From a virus (taxonomy: Duplodnaviria; Caudoviricetes): a stretch of DNA of 64,000 nt. The DNA lies in the IMG/VR virus record IMGVR_UViG_3300012971_000019, positions 17,050 to 81,049 of that record, one strand, 5' to 3'. How positions within the stretch are numbered: position 1 is the first letter of the stretch; each line of letters begins with the position of its first letter. The notes below the pieces were generated by a model. That model was not told the DNA's origin, searched no databases, and saw only the letters and a list, made by a program, of their open reading frames with translations. This document shows positions 1 through 8,689 of this stretch, in pieces. The translations under genes and the position numbers were made by a program.

Positions 1-865
1 CGTCAAGATGATCGTGGCCGGCGTTGACGTGCAGGGCGATCGACTCGAATGCCAGGTGCTCGGCTTCGGTGTGCGCGAGGAGTGCTGGGCGATCGAGTAC
101 CACGTGCTGCCCGGCGATCCGGCGCAGCGGTTGCTGTGGGACGAACTCGACGAGCAATTGCTCAAGACCTATCCGACCGAGGATGATCGGACGCTGCGCA
201 TCAGCGCGACCTGCATCGACACCGGCGGCCATCATGGCAACCAGGTGTTGGCATTCTGCAAGGCGCGGCGTGGGCGCAAGGTGCTCCCCATCAAAGGCGT
301 GAGCGGCGCACGCCCGATCTGGCCCAAGCGCGAGAGCAAGGCGAAGAAAGACTTCTATGTCGTCGGCGTCGATACCGCGAAGGACGCGATCTACGGGCGG
401 CTGCGTATCCAGAAGCCGGGCCCGGGCTACATCCACTTCCCGGTCGGCACCGACTTCAATGCGCAGTATTTCGAGCAGCTCACCTGCGAGCGGGTGATCA
501 CGCGCTACAGGCTCGGGCATCCGGTGCGGGTATGGGAGAAGCCGGCCGGGGCCCGGAATGAAAGTTTCGACACCTTCGTCTATGCCCTGGCCGCCCGCCA
601 GGCGCTGCCGGTCCGCTTCGAGCCGGCGCCGGTTCCGATCGAGCCCGCGCCCGTGGCCAATCGCCCGGCTGAGCCGCCGGTAAAGTCGCTGTTCGGTCCG
701 CCGCCGCCCCAGAGGGTGCCAGAACCGCCTACGGAGCCTCATCCGCTGGCCGTCCGTGCGCCAGAACCGCCGAAGGCACCCCAGGCCGCCCCCGGCATTC
801 CGCATCGCCCGTGGCGCCCGCAAGGGCGCTGGAGGCGCACCATGCGATCACAGTACATGAGCTGA
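1..865 (+). CDS. Terminase large subunit (lambda gpA family), C-terminal nuclease part; 5' end outside window
   Basis: AGVDVQGDRLE, CIDTGGH, VGVDTAKD, GPGYIHFP, YFEQLTCE and RNESFDTFVYALAA motifs typical of gpA-type TerL; followed by gpW and portal. Confidence 0.92.
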   Translation, partial: VKMIVAGVDVQGDRLECQVLGFGVREECWAIEYHVLPGDPAQRLLWDELDEQLLKTYPTEDDRTLRISATCIDTGGHHGNQVLAFCKARRGRKVLPIKGVSGARPIWPKRESKAKKDFYVVGVDTAKDAIYGRLRIQKPGPGYIHFPVGTDFNAQYFEQLTCERVITRYRLGHPVRVWEKPAGARNESFDTFVYALAARQALPVRFEPAPVPIEPAPVANRPAEPPVKSLFGPPPPQRVPEPPTEPHPLAVRAPEPPKAPQAAPGIPHRPWRPQGRWRRTMRSQYMS

Positions 866-880
866 TCTCGGAGCTGACCA

Positions 881-1123
881 ATGGTCTCGATGAATCCTCC
901 GCTCGACCCGACGACGGCGCCATCCGGGTTTACGCTGGCCGAAAAGATAGCGCTCGAACAGGCCATCGCGTCCGGGACGCTGCACGTGTCCTATAACGGC
1001 AAGAGCGTGACCTATCGCTCACTCGACGAGCTGCGGCTGGCGCTGCACATGGTCAACAATTACCTGTTCGGCCCGCCGACCCGCACGTTCCTCACCCGCA
1101 CCAGGGGCTGGAAGGGCCTCTAA
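881..1123 (+). CDS. Head-tail joining protein (gpW-like)
   Basis: LEQAIASGTLHVSYNGKSVTYRSLDEL motif; position between terminase and portal. Confidence 0.85.
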   Translation: MVSMNPPLDPTTAPSGFTLAEKIALEQAIASGTLHVSYNGKSVTYRSLDELRLALHMVNNYLFGPPTRTFLTRTRGWKGL

Positions 1124-4100
1124 GTGGACGCTCGCACGAAGGACCCCGCCGGCATGATGTTCGGCGACGGGGTGAATTCGGCGCGCATCCGGGTTCGGCC
1201 GAAGGGCGCGGTGACGAGCGCCAAGGCGCAGCAGGATTGGGCGTGGCAACCAGGTGGCCCGTGGTGGTCGCCGTCGCAGCAGGGCTTCCAAGCCGCCAAC
1301 GCGCGCCGCCGGCTGTCGCAGTGGCTCCCGAACAAGGGCACCATCAACACCCTGGTGACGCAGGGCGGCGAAATCCTGCGCGACCGCGCCCGCGACATGG
1401 TGCGCAACAACCCGCACGCGGCATCGGCGGCGGACTCCTATTGCGGCAACCTGATCGGCACCGGCATCCGGCCATCGTCGCTGATCCCCGATCCCACGCT
1501 GCGCACCGAGGTCAACAAGCTGTGGGCGCAATGGGCGTGCGAGTGCGACTCCGATGGCATGGTCGATTTCTATGGCCTGCAGGAGCTGGTCGCGCGCGCG
1601 TTGTTCGAGGCCGGCGAGGTGTTCCTGCGCTACCGGCCGCGTTCGATCGAGGATGGGCTGTGCGTGCCGCTGCAGCTCCACGTGATCGAGTCGGACATGC
1701 TCGATTTCTCGTACAATCTGCTCGCCGAGAACGGCAACCTGATCATGAACGGCGTCGAGTTCGACAACAGGCACCAACGCGTCGCCTATCATTTTTGGCC
1801 GTATCACCCCGGGCAGATCATCATTACGCCGCTGCGCGATTTCCGTTTTCGGGTGCGCGTGCCGGCCGAGGAGATTCTGCACATCTTCAAGCCGCGGCGG
1901 CCCGGTGATGTGCGCGGCGTGCCGATGGTGGCCTCGGCTCTGGTCAAGCTGTTCATGCTCGATCAGTACGACGACGCCGAGCTGGACCGTAAGAAAGTCG
2001 CGGCGATGTTCGCCGGCTTCGTCAAGTCGCCGCAGCCCGAGGAAATGCTGATCCAGGATCAGAGCGGGCCGGCGTATCCGTGGGAGCCTGACGAAGGCCT
2101 GGTGACGCTGGAGCCCGGGACGATCCAGACGCTACTGCCCGGCGAGGACATCACGTTCTCGGCGCCGGCCGCGGTCGGTGGCGATTACGAGCCGTTCCAG
2201 TATCGGCAGCTCCTGCCCGTGTTCCAGGCGATGGGCGTGCCGTACACCTTGGGTGCCGGCGATCTGCGGCATGCGAACTACAGCTCGTTGCGTGGCGCGA
2301 TCGTCGAGTACCGCCGCCGCCTGGCGCAGGTGCAGAACAACGTCATCGTCCATCAGATGTGTCGGCCGATTTGGGAGCGGTGGCTGCGCGATGCGGTGCT
2401 CTCGGAGTCGATCGACATCCCGGACTTCGCCAAAGACCCGCGGATGAATCTCTCCGTGAGATGGATTCCGCCGAAGTTCGAATGGGTTGATCCGCTCAAG
2501 GATCAGCAAGCCGAGAAGCTTGCAGTCGATGCCGGCTTCAAGTCGCGCTCTGACGTGATCGACGAGATGGGCGACGATCCGCTCGACACCGACATGCGGA
2601 TCAAGCAGGACCATCTCCGCGAAAAGGCGCTCGGTCTCGACTTCCCGGCGGGCACCGGCAAAGGCAAGCCCGGTGCGCCCGGCCAGCCCGGTCAGCCAGG
2701 CCAGGAAGAGGGTGGCGGCAAGGAGTTTGACGGCTCCGACATCAAGGAGATGCTCCAGGATCAGGGCATCGATCTCGACGACGATGTGCTGGAGAAGCTC
2801 ACCGCCTCGATGCGCGAGAGGATCGAGGCCTTCGAGGAATCGCAACATCCGCGGGTGCCCAAGGGTACGACCGAGGGCGGACAGTTCACGAAGGCGGGCG
2901 ACGGGGTCGAGACCGGGTCAAAAAAAAAATCAAGCGAGCCCGGCCTGGTCGGCGACGGCGATCAGCGTCAGACTGTCCCGTTCGGATTAGGACTCCCCGA
3001 GGGGTCCCCGCTCCAGAAGGCGATCGGCGCCGGCTCGGTCGGCTATGGCGATGCCGAGAAGGTCGCCGAGCAGATTGCCAAGGCGGCCGGCGCCAACGTG
3101 CTGGCGACCCATCACGTGGTCGGCGGCTGGACCGACCCCTCGACCGGCGAATATTCGTCGGAGCCGACCCTGGTCGGCGAGTTTCACGGGAAACCAACTG
3201 ACGCGACTTTTGCGGCCGAGGCCATCGCGCATGTGCTCGGCCCGCAGAAGGAGGTGTGGGTCGTTCGCGATGCCGAGGGCTTCCCGGCCGCGCGCGATCT
3301 CCGTCTCGACATCATCCCGACCAAGCCTGGGGTGACGCCGCAGCAGCTCGCCGAGGTGGCGCGCAAGGTCGATCCTGAGCTGCTCGCCGGCTTCACGCAG
3401 ACGGTTGACGGCGAGGGTCGCACCGGCATCACGCTGTTGATCCCCGAGGGCATCGCGAAGCGCCCGCGTGCGGAGACGACCTCGGTCATGATCAACCCGA
3501 TGGGCTCGATCCAGCCGATGGAGGTGCTGGTCAATCCGCGCGAGCGCGACATCAAGGACTTGCTCAAGAACACGGACTTTGCCGAGGCTCGGGTGATCCG
3601 CGATGACGCCGGCAACCTCTATGTGTGGGACGCCTATGAGGCGATCCACCGACCGGTGGCAAAGGCGCTCGGCGTCGAGCTGACCAAAGAGAATTATCTT
3701 CTCAACACCGACATCTGGACGCTGGTGAATGGCAAGCTCGTCAGCTCGGGCGTCGGATCGGATTGGATGAAGGAAAAGTTGCCGCGCCGCTGGATCGAGG
3801 AAACCCACGCGGTACCCAAGGGCCCGGCGACGATCGCGGATCGTGCCGATGCGGCGGTGATGAAGCTCGCGGGCGCGCTGGCCGATGCCGGGATTGATGC
3901 CGACGTGTTGCCGACCGCGGCGATCGTGGATAAAAGGATCGGCGATGCGAAAGATTGGCGGGGTTACAGTTCATCCCTTGAACGCGAAGCTGGGGCACAT
4001 GCCGTCGCGGCGCTCGATGATTATCGTGCCCGGCTCGGCGAAAGCCTCGCCCAAGGCCGAGGCGTCCCAGCCTTCACCGAAGACCTCCGAGCCCTCGCGC

Positions 4101-6466
4101 GAGCCGCCCGACCGCAAGCCGAACCGCTGAAGGTCGCGGCACGGTTTTTCGCCTTTGATCCTGAGCAGCCGCGCGCACCCAAGGGATCACCCGAGGGCGG
4201 CCAGTGGACGAAAGACGGCGAGGAAGGCCTTTACAACGGCCCGACGCAGCCGGCTTATCACGGATCGAAGCAAGCCGGGTTTGAGCGGTTCACCGTTCCC
4301 GATCCGAAGAACGAGTTGATGATCGATCGAGCGATCGGTGTGCATGTCGCCAAAGACCCGAAGATGGCCGAGTATTTCACCAAGCTTGGTCCAGGCGATA
4401 CGCGGGCACCGGGTGAAACCCACAAAGGCGGAATTTACGAGCTACGCATTCCGACTGACGAGCATTTGCTGGAGGTCGAGCAAAAGCACCTGCGGTGGGT
4501 CAAAAATCCGGCCGAACCGAAAAAGCCTGGCAACGTCGAGATCGATCAGGACAAGATTGCGCGGCTTGTTTACGGCACGGCGTTTCGTGAGGATACCGAT
4601 CTTTTCGCACGGCAGATCGAGCGAGATTTGCACCTCACCACAGAGGAAGCGAAGCACGGCGCTGAAGCGCTTGCGCACGATCAACCATGGACGAGCCCTC
4701 GGTTTGGCTCGACATATAAGAGCATCGACGAATATCTGGCCGATCGACCGAGCACGATTTTCGACACTGAGGATCGCGTGAAAGCGGTGGAGTTATTCCA
4801 CGAGCAGATGGAGCGTCACGGCTATCTCGGGCTCAAGTACATCAACACGGCGCCGATGGAGACCGAGGGCATTGATGATCCGATCGCCTATGTGATCTTC
4901 AATCCGCGCAACATCCGCCACGCATTCACTGGCGCACGGGCGCGCATGCCGCTCGAAATTTTCGCCAAGGAGTTCGACGAGGCGCAACATCCGCGCGGCA
5001 AGACCACGCCCGAGTCGACGCCCGGAAGTTTCGCTCCCGAGGAAGGCGGCGGCGGCGTTGATCTCGTAGCCGGCCGCGTCGTTTTCCAATCCAAGTCCTC
5101 GATCCCGCCGACGCAGAAAGCCGCGACCACGCCGGCCGAGACCGAGGCCGAGGCGCGCAAGAGCGTCGAGGAATACGCCAAGGCGGCGCGTGACGCCGGC
5201 ATCAATGTGCTGGTCGGCGGCCAGGGTCATCCGCTGCAAATCTCGACGCGCCTCCCGTGGGGCGTGAAGGGCAACGTCGAGAATGGCGATGAGGTTTATC
5301 TGCATCCCGATCTCGATGCATTGCGCCGCGAGCCGGAAAAGTTCGCGAGCGACATGGCGCTGTTCAAAAATGCCGAGGACTATCCCGGTCTGCGACCGGA
5401 GGAAACCGATGGCACACCCGAGCAGATTGCGCGCAACGTGATCGACCGGCTGAAGTCGAACCTGAAATTCCTGTACGAGAACATGCCGACCGACATCCGC
5501 GATCGATCGGCCGACTGGTACGCAGGCGCGCGACGCATCGTCGATCGCAAGGCGCGGCAGTATGGGCTCAACGATGCCGCGGTTGCCGGGGCCTATGCGG
5601 CGCTCAGTCCGCAAAAGGATTGGTATCAGAACGTCTACCTGGGCGATCGGCTGATCGACATCTACCAGACGCAGCAGGACACGGCGTGGTCGCCCGAGAT
5701 GGAAAAGACCGCCCGTCAAATCTGGAAAACCAAGCCGCAGAAGGCAGTCCTGAAAACCGTGCGCGGCAAGAAGCTCGGCGAGCTGACCGATCCGGTGCAA
5801 AAGGCCGAGTGGATTCGAACCTTTGACGAAACCTATAGCGACCGTTCCTTCAAGATCGTCACGCCGGAAGGCGAAGAGGACGGCTATGTCAAAACCAAAG
5901 CGGGCGAGAATTGGTCGGCGGCTTGGCAAACCAACGTGAACATCGCCAATGCGGTGATCGCGCTCGAATCGGGTGGCGATCGGAAGATCATCAGCCAGGC
6001 GATGGGCGCGGCGCACAAGGTGCGCTCGTTCTACAACAACTTCCTCGACCCGTACTCGACCAACGATGACGTGACGATCGACACGCATGCGACGGGGGCC
6101 GGATGGCTCCAGCCCTATGCCGGATCATCGACGGCGGTGCTGCACAGCCTGCACAGCAGTCCTCAGAAGGGGGACGCGCCGAAGAATTTCCGCAACGCGA
6201 GCGAATCGGCGGCCACCGGCAATTCCGGCACCTATGCGATCTACGCGACCGCGTACCGCGAGGCCGCGCACGAACTCGGTCTTTCGCCGCGCGCGCTGCA
6301 ATCGCTCACCTGGGAAGCGCAGCGTGGTCTCTATGGCCGTGAGAGCAAGAAAGCGCTGGAGCGCACCAACGCGATTTGGACCGACTACCACAACGGCGTG
6401 ATCGATCTCGATGAGGCGCGCCGCCGGGTCGTGAGCAATGGCTACCGGCCACCGGATTGGTACTGA
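1124..6466 (+). CDS. Lambda-family portal protein (about aa 50-510) fused to about 1250 aa of cargo domains (unknown domains, ART-like, HhH-glycosylase-like)
   Basis: RARDMVRNNPHA, GEVFLRYR, PLQLHVIESD, NGVEFD, GDLRHANYSSLR and PKFEWVDPLKD portal motifs; the frame stays open to 6466 with three HPR-motif modules. Confidence 0.9.
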   Translation: MDARTKDPAGMMFGDGVNSARIRVRPKGAVTSAKAQQDWAWQPGGPWWSPSQQGFQAANARRRLSQWLPNKGTINTLVTQGGEILRDRARDMVRNNPHAASAADSYCGNLIGTGIRPSSLIPDPTLRTEVNKLWAQWACECDSDGMVDFYGLQELVARALFEAGEVFLRYRPRSIEDGLCVPLQLHVIESDMLDFSYNLLAENGNLIMNGVEFDNRHQRVAYHFWPYHPGQIIITPLRDFRFRVRVPAEEILHIFKPRRPGDVRGVPMVASALVKLFMLDQYDDAELDRKKVAAMFAGFVKSPQPEEMLIQDQSGPAYPWEPDEGLVTLEPGTIQTLLPGEDITFSAPAAVGGDYEPFQYRQLLPVFQAMGVPYTLGAGDLRHANYSSLRGAIVEYRRRLAQVQNNVIVHQMCRPIWERWLRDAVLSESIDIPDFAKDPRMNLSVRWIPPKFEWVDPLKDQQAEKLAVDAGFKSRSDVIDEMGDDPLDTDMRIKQDHLREKALGLDFPAGTGKGKPGAPGQPGQPGQEEGGGKEFDGSDIKEMLQDQGIDLDDDVLEKLTASMRERIEAFEESQHPRVPKGTTEGGQFTKAGDGVETGSKKKSSEPGLVGDGDQRQTVPFGLGLPEGSPLQKAIGAGSVGYGDAEKVAEQIAKAAGANVLATHHVVGGWTDPSTGEYSSEPTLVGEFHGKPTDATFAAEAIAHVLGPQKEVWVVRDAEGFPAARDLRLDIIPTKPGVTPQQLAEVARKVDPELLAGFTQTVDGEGRTGITLLIPEGIAKRPRAETTSVMINPMGSIQPMEVLVNPRERDIKDLLKNTDFAEARVIRDDAGNLYVWDAYEAIHRPVAKALGVELTKENYLLNTDIWTLVNGKLVSSGVGSDWMKEKLPRRWIEETHAVPKGPATIADRADAAVMKLAGALADAGIDADVLPTAAIVDKRIGDAKDWRGYSSSLEREAGAHAVAALDDYRARLGESLAQGRGVPAFTEDLRALARAARPQAEPLKVAARFFAFDPEQPRAPKGSPEGGQWTKDGEEGLYNGPTQPAYHGSKQAGFERFTVPDPKNELMIDRAIGVHVAKDPKMAEYFTKLGPGDTRAPGETHKGGIYELRIPTDEHLLEVEQKHLRWVKNPAEPKKPGNVEIDQDKIARLVYGTAFREDTDLFARQIERDLHLTTEEAKHGAEALAHDQPWTSPRFGSTYKSIDEYLADRPSTIFDTEDRVKAVELFHEQMERHGYLGLKYINTAPMETEGIDDPIAYVIFNPRNIRHAFTGARARMPLEIFAKEFDEAQHPRGKTTPESTPGSFAPEEGGGGVDLVAGRVVFQSKSSIPPTQKAATTPAETEAEARKSVEEYAKAARDAGINVLVGGQGHPLQISTRLPWGVKGNVENGDEVYLHPDLDALRREPEKFASDMALFKNAEDYPGLRPEETDGTPEQIARNVIDRLKSNLKFLYENMPTDIRDRSADWYAGARRIVDRKARQYGLNDAAVAGAYAALSPQKDWYQNVYLGDRLIDIYQTQQDTAWSPEMEKTARQIWKTKPQKAVLKTVRGKKLGELTDPVQKAEWIRTFDETYSDRSFKIVTPEGEEDGYVKTKAGENWSAAWQTNVNIANAVIALESGGDRKIISQAMGAAHKVRSFYNNFLDPYSTNDDVTIDTHATGAGWLQPYAGSSTAVLHSLHSSPQKGDAPKNFRNASESAATGNSGTYAIYATAYREAAHELGLSPRALQSLTWEAQRGLYGRESKKALERTNAIWTDYHNGVIDLDEARRRVVSNGYRPPDWY

Positions 6467-7589
6467 TCCGCTCGTCGCGTGGATGCGCGCCAACAGCGTT
6501 GCAGTCAATCGCCGGAACTACATCGAGCTGAACTGGGGCGAGGTCCCCAAGCCATGGACGGTCGAAGACGAGAGCGAGCTGCCGGCCGAGCTGCAGGAGT
6601 GGTCGATCTTCGAGCGCGATGGGCCCGGCATTCGACTGCGCGCCGATCCGGTGACGAAGGCGCCGATCACCGCTGCCTGGATCGATCCGTTCACGGCCGA
6701 GTTCGACGAAGCGAAGCACCCGCGCGAGCCGAAGGGCACGAAGGAAGGCGGGCGGTGGACGAAGGGCGCGAACGAGATCGTCCATAATTACGAGGAGGCG
6801 ACCAAGAAGCGCCATCACGGCGCGACCAGGCCGCCATCCTCGACGGCGCCGGAACATGAGCAGTGGCGACAGAAGGGGAAACCGGCAGACCTCGACCGCC
6901 AGGCGCAGGAGGCGGTCGTGCAGCTCGGTGGCACGCATCGCGAATATGGCGTTCTCGTGCAGAAAGGCGGCGATCTTTCCGAGGGCGCGCAGATCACCGT
7001 CATTCCCGGTGGAGAGCACAATGTTCCAGTGTCGGACGAGCTGCATGACGAGATGACGGCGATACCGCATGACTTTCACCACAATCATCCATCGGGCCTG
7101 CCGATCTCGACGCAGGACATCAATTATCTATCGAAATCGCCGAATGTCATGACGGTGCATGCGCATTCCGGCACCGGCAATGGCACGACCTACTCGGTCT
7201 CGATCGCGGGGCGAACGGCCAAAAATCCGACCGCTGTATGGCCGACAAAGATGGCCGGGATCATGCGGACGATTGCACGACGCGTGAGTGATCGAGGCTA
7301 TCCGCTTGGTCCGCTGGGCCGGGCGGCGGTACGCCTCGATGACGAACATGCGACGACGACGGAGATCAACCACGCGCTCACGAAAATCGATCAGCATGCA
7401 TTCAACATGGCGGCCGATAAGGCTGGGCTAATCCATTACGCCTACACACATTCGCCAGAGGACGAGAAGTTTTTCGAGAAATTTGCCGATGAGCTGAAGG
7501 CGCAGGCCGAGATCGCGGACGACACATTCAGCAAGGTTCTGGCGTCACGCAAGATCGACCCGACCAAGCTGGCGAAGGAGCGTGAATGA
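6438..7589 (+). CDS. Polyvalent protein: small N-terminal domain + HPR motif + JAB/RadC-like metalloprotein domain
   Basis: HHNHPSGLPISTQD matches the JAB HxHPx(5-7)SxxD motif; overlaps the portal stop. Confidence 0.7.
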   Translation: MATGHRIGTDPLVAWMRANSVAVNRRNYIELNWGEVPKPWTVEDESELPAELQEWSIFERDGPGIRLRADPVTKAPITAAWIDPFTAEFDEAKHPREPKGTKEGGRWTKGANEIVHNYEEATKKRHHGATRPPSSTAPEHEQWRQKGKPADLDRQAQEAVVQLGGTHREYGVLVQKGGDLSEGAQITVIPGGEHNVPVSDELHDEMTAIPHDFHHNHPSGLPISTQDINYLSKSPNVMTVHAHSGTGNGTTYSVSIAGRTAKNPTAVWPTKMAGIMRTIARRVSDRGYPLGPLGRAAVRLDDEHATTTEINHALTKIDQHAFNMAADKAGLIHYAYTHSPEDEKFFEKFADELKAQAEIADDTFSKVLASRKIDPTKLAKERE

Positions 7590-8689
7590 GTCTCCTGGTT
7601 GACCCACCGCATGAGCTGTTCGGCTCCGAGGCCGAGTGGCGGGCGTTCCTCGATGAGATGCACGAGGCCTGTGAGGACGGCGAGGACGACGCGCGCGAAT
7701 ACATCGCCATGGCCGAGCGCGTGCTGGCCGAGCGGCGCGACAAGCGGCCGGCGGTCAAGGTGAGCGCGCGTGGCGAACACGCCGCAGCTCGGGCGGCTCT
7801 ATTGGCGACCGTCGCCTTCGAAGAATCCGAGCATCCGCGTGTACCGAAGGGAACGCCCGAAAAGGGTGGGCAGTTCACGAAGAAGGGCGAGGGCGGCGGC
7901 GGTGCGTCCGAGCGCAGGGTCGGGATACCGGGTCTCGGTGAGGAGCTGGCTGAACCGCTTCAGCCTCCGACCACGAAGACGACTGCCGACGATTTCAAGA
8001 AGGCCGGCATCGAACTCCTGATGCATCCGCGCGCGCAGCAAAAGTTCCTCGCCGATTGGAACGAGCGCGTCGATCAACCGCCCGAGCAGTTCCGCAAGGA
8101 GTTCCTCAACGGCTTGAACGGCACGATGGAGATCGGCGTAGAGGGCGATGGCGCGTGGACCCTGAAGGGAGACCTGCGCACGTCTGATGGCGAGAAGATG
8201 GGCAGCTATCGACGCGAGATCGATTTCAAACGCAAGGAAGCCGTTGACGATTATTTTCGACTGGAAGAGGAGTTCACCGGGCTTTCGATCGGCAAAAAAA
8301 TGCTCGCCGGAAACATCGAGAAGTACCGCGAGCTGGGTATCCAGTGTGTGGACCTCACCGCCAATGTCGATGTCGGCTCTTACGCGTGGGCCCGATACGG
8401 CTTTGCGCCGTCGAAGAAGTCATGGGCTTATCTGCGGGACCATTTGCGCGCTCTCGTCCAGGAGGGCGCCGACGAAAACGAGAAACCAATCATCAAGGAT
8501 CAGGGCGACCAGCAGCGCTTGCTCGAACTGCTCAAGTCGGACGATCCCAAGACGCTGTGGGCGATTGCCGATTCGAAATACGGTAAGGCGTTGCTGACCG
8601 ACAATTTTTGGGCTGGTCGCCTCGATCTCAATGATCGTGACACCATGCGGCGGTTCAACGACTACATAGCGAGGGCGTACCGTGCCTGA
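7586..8689 (+). CDS. Polyvalent protein: small N-terminal domain + HPR motif + GNAT-like acetyltransferase
   Basis: AGGAG RBS; YFRLEEEFTGLSIGKKML (acetyl-CoA loop-like) and ANVDVGSYAWARYGF. Confidence 0.65.
   Translation: MSLLVDPPHELFGSEAEWRAFLDEMHEACEDGEDDAREYIAMAERVLAERRDKRPAVKVSARGEHAAARAALLATVAFEESEHPRVPKGTPEKGGQFTKKGEGGGGASERRVGIPGLGEELAEPLQPPTTKTTADDFKKAGIELLMHPRAQQKFLADWNERVDQPPEQFRKEFLNGLNGTMEIGVEGDGAWTLKGDLRTSDGEKMGSYRREIDFKRKEAVDDYFRLEEEFTGLSIGKKMLAGNIEKYRELGIQCVDLTANVDVGSYAWARYGFAPSKKSWAYLRDHLRALVQEGADENEKPIIKDQGDQQRLLELLKSDDPKTLWAIADSKYGKALLTDNFWAGRLDLNDRDTMRRFNDYIARAYRA

Noticed and set aside
3791-3823. WIEETHAVPKG as an eighth cargo tag
   Set aside because: Lacks HPR and the GGxFT half; too degenerate to count.
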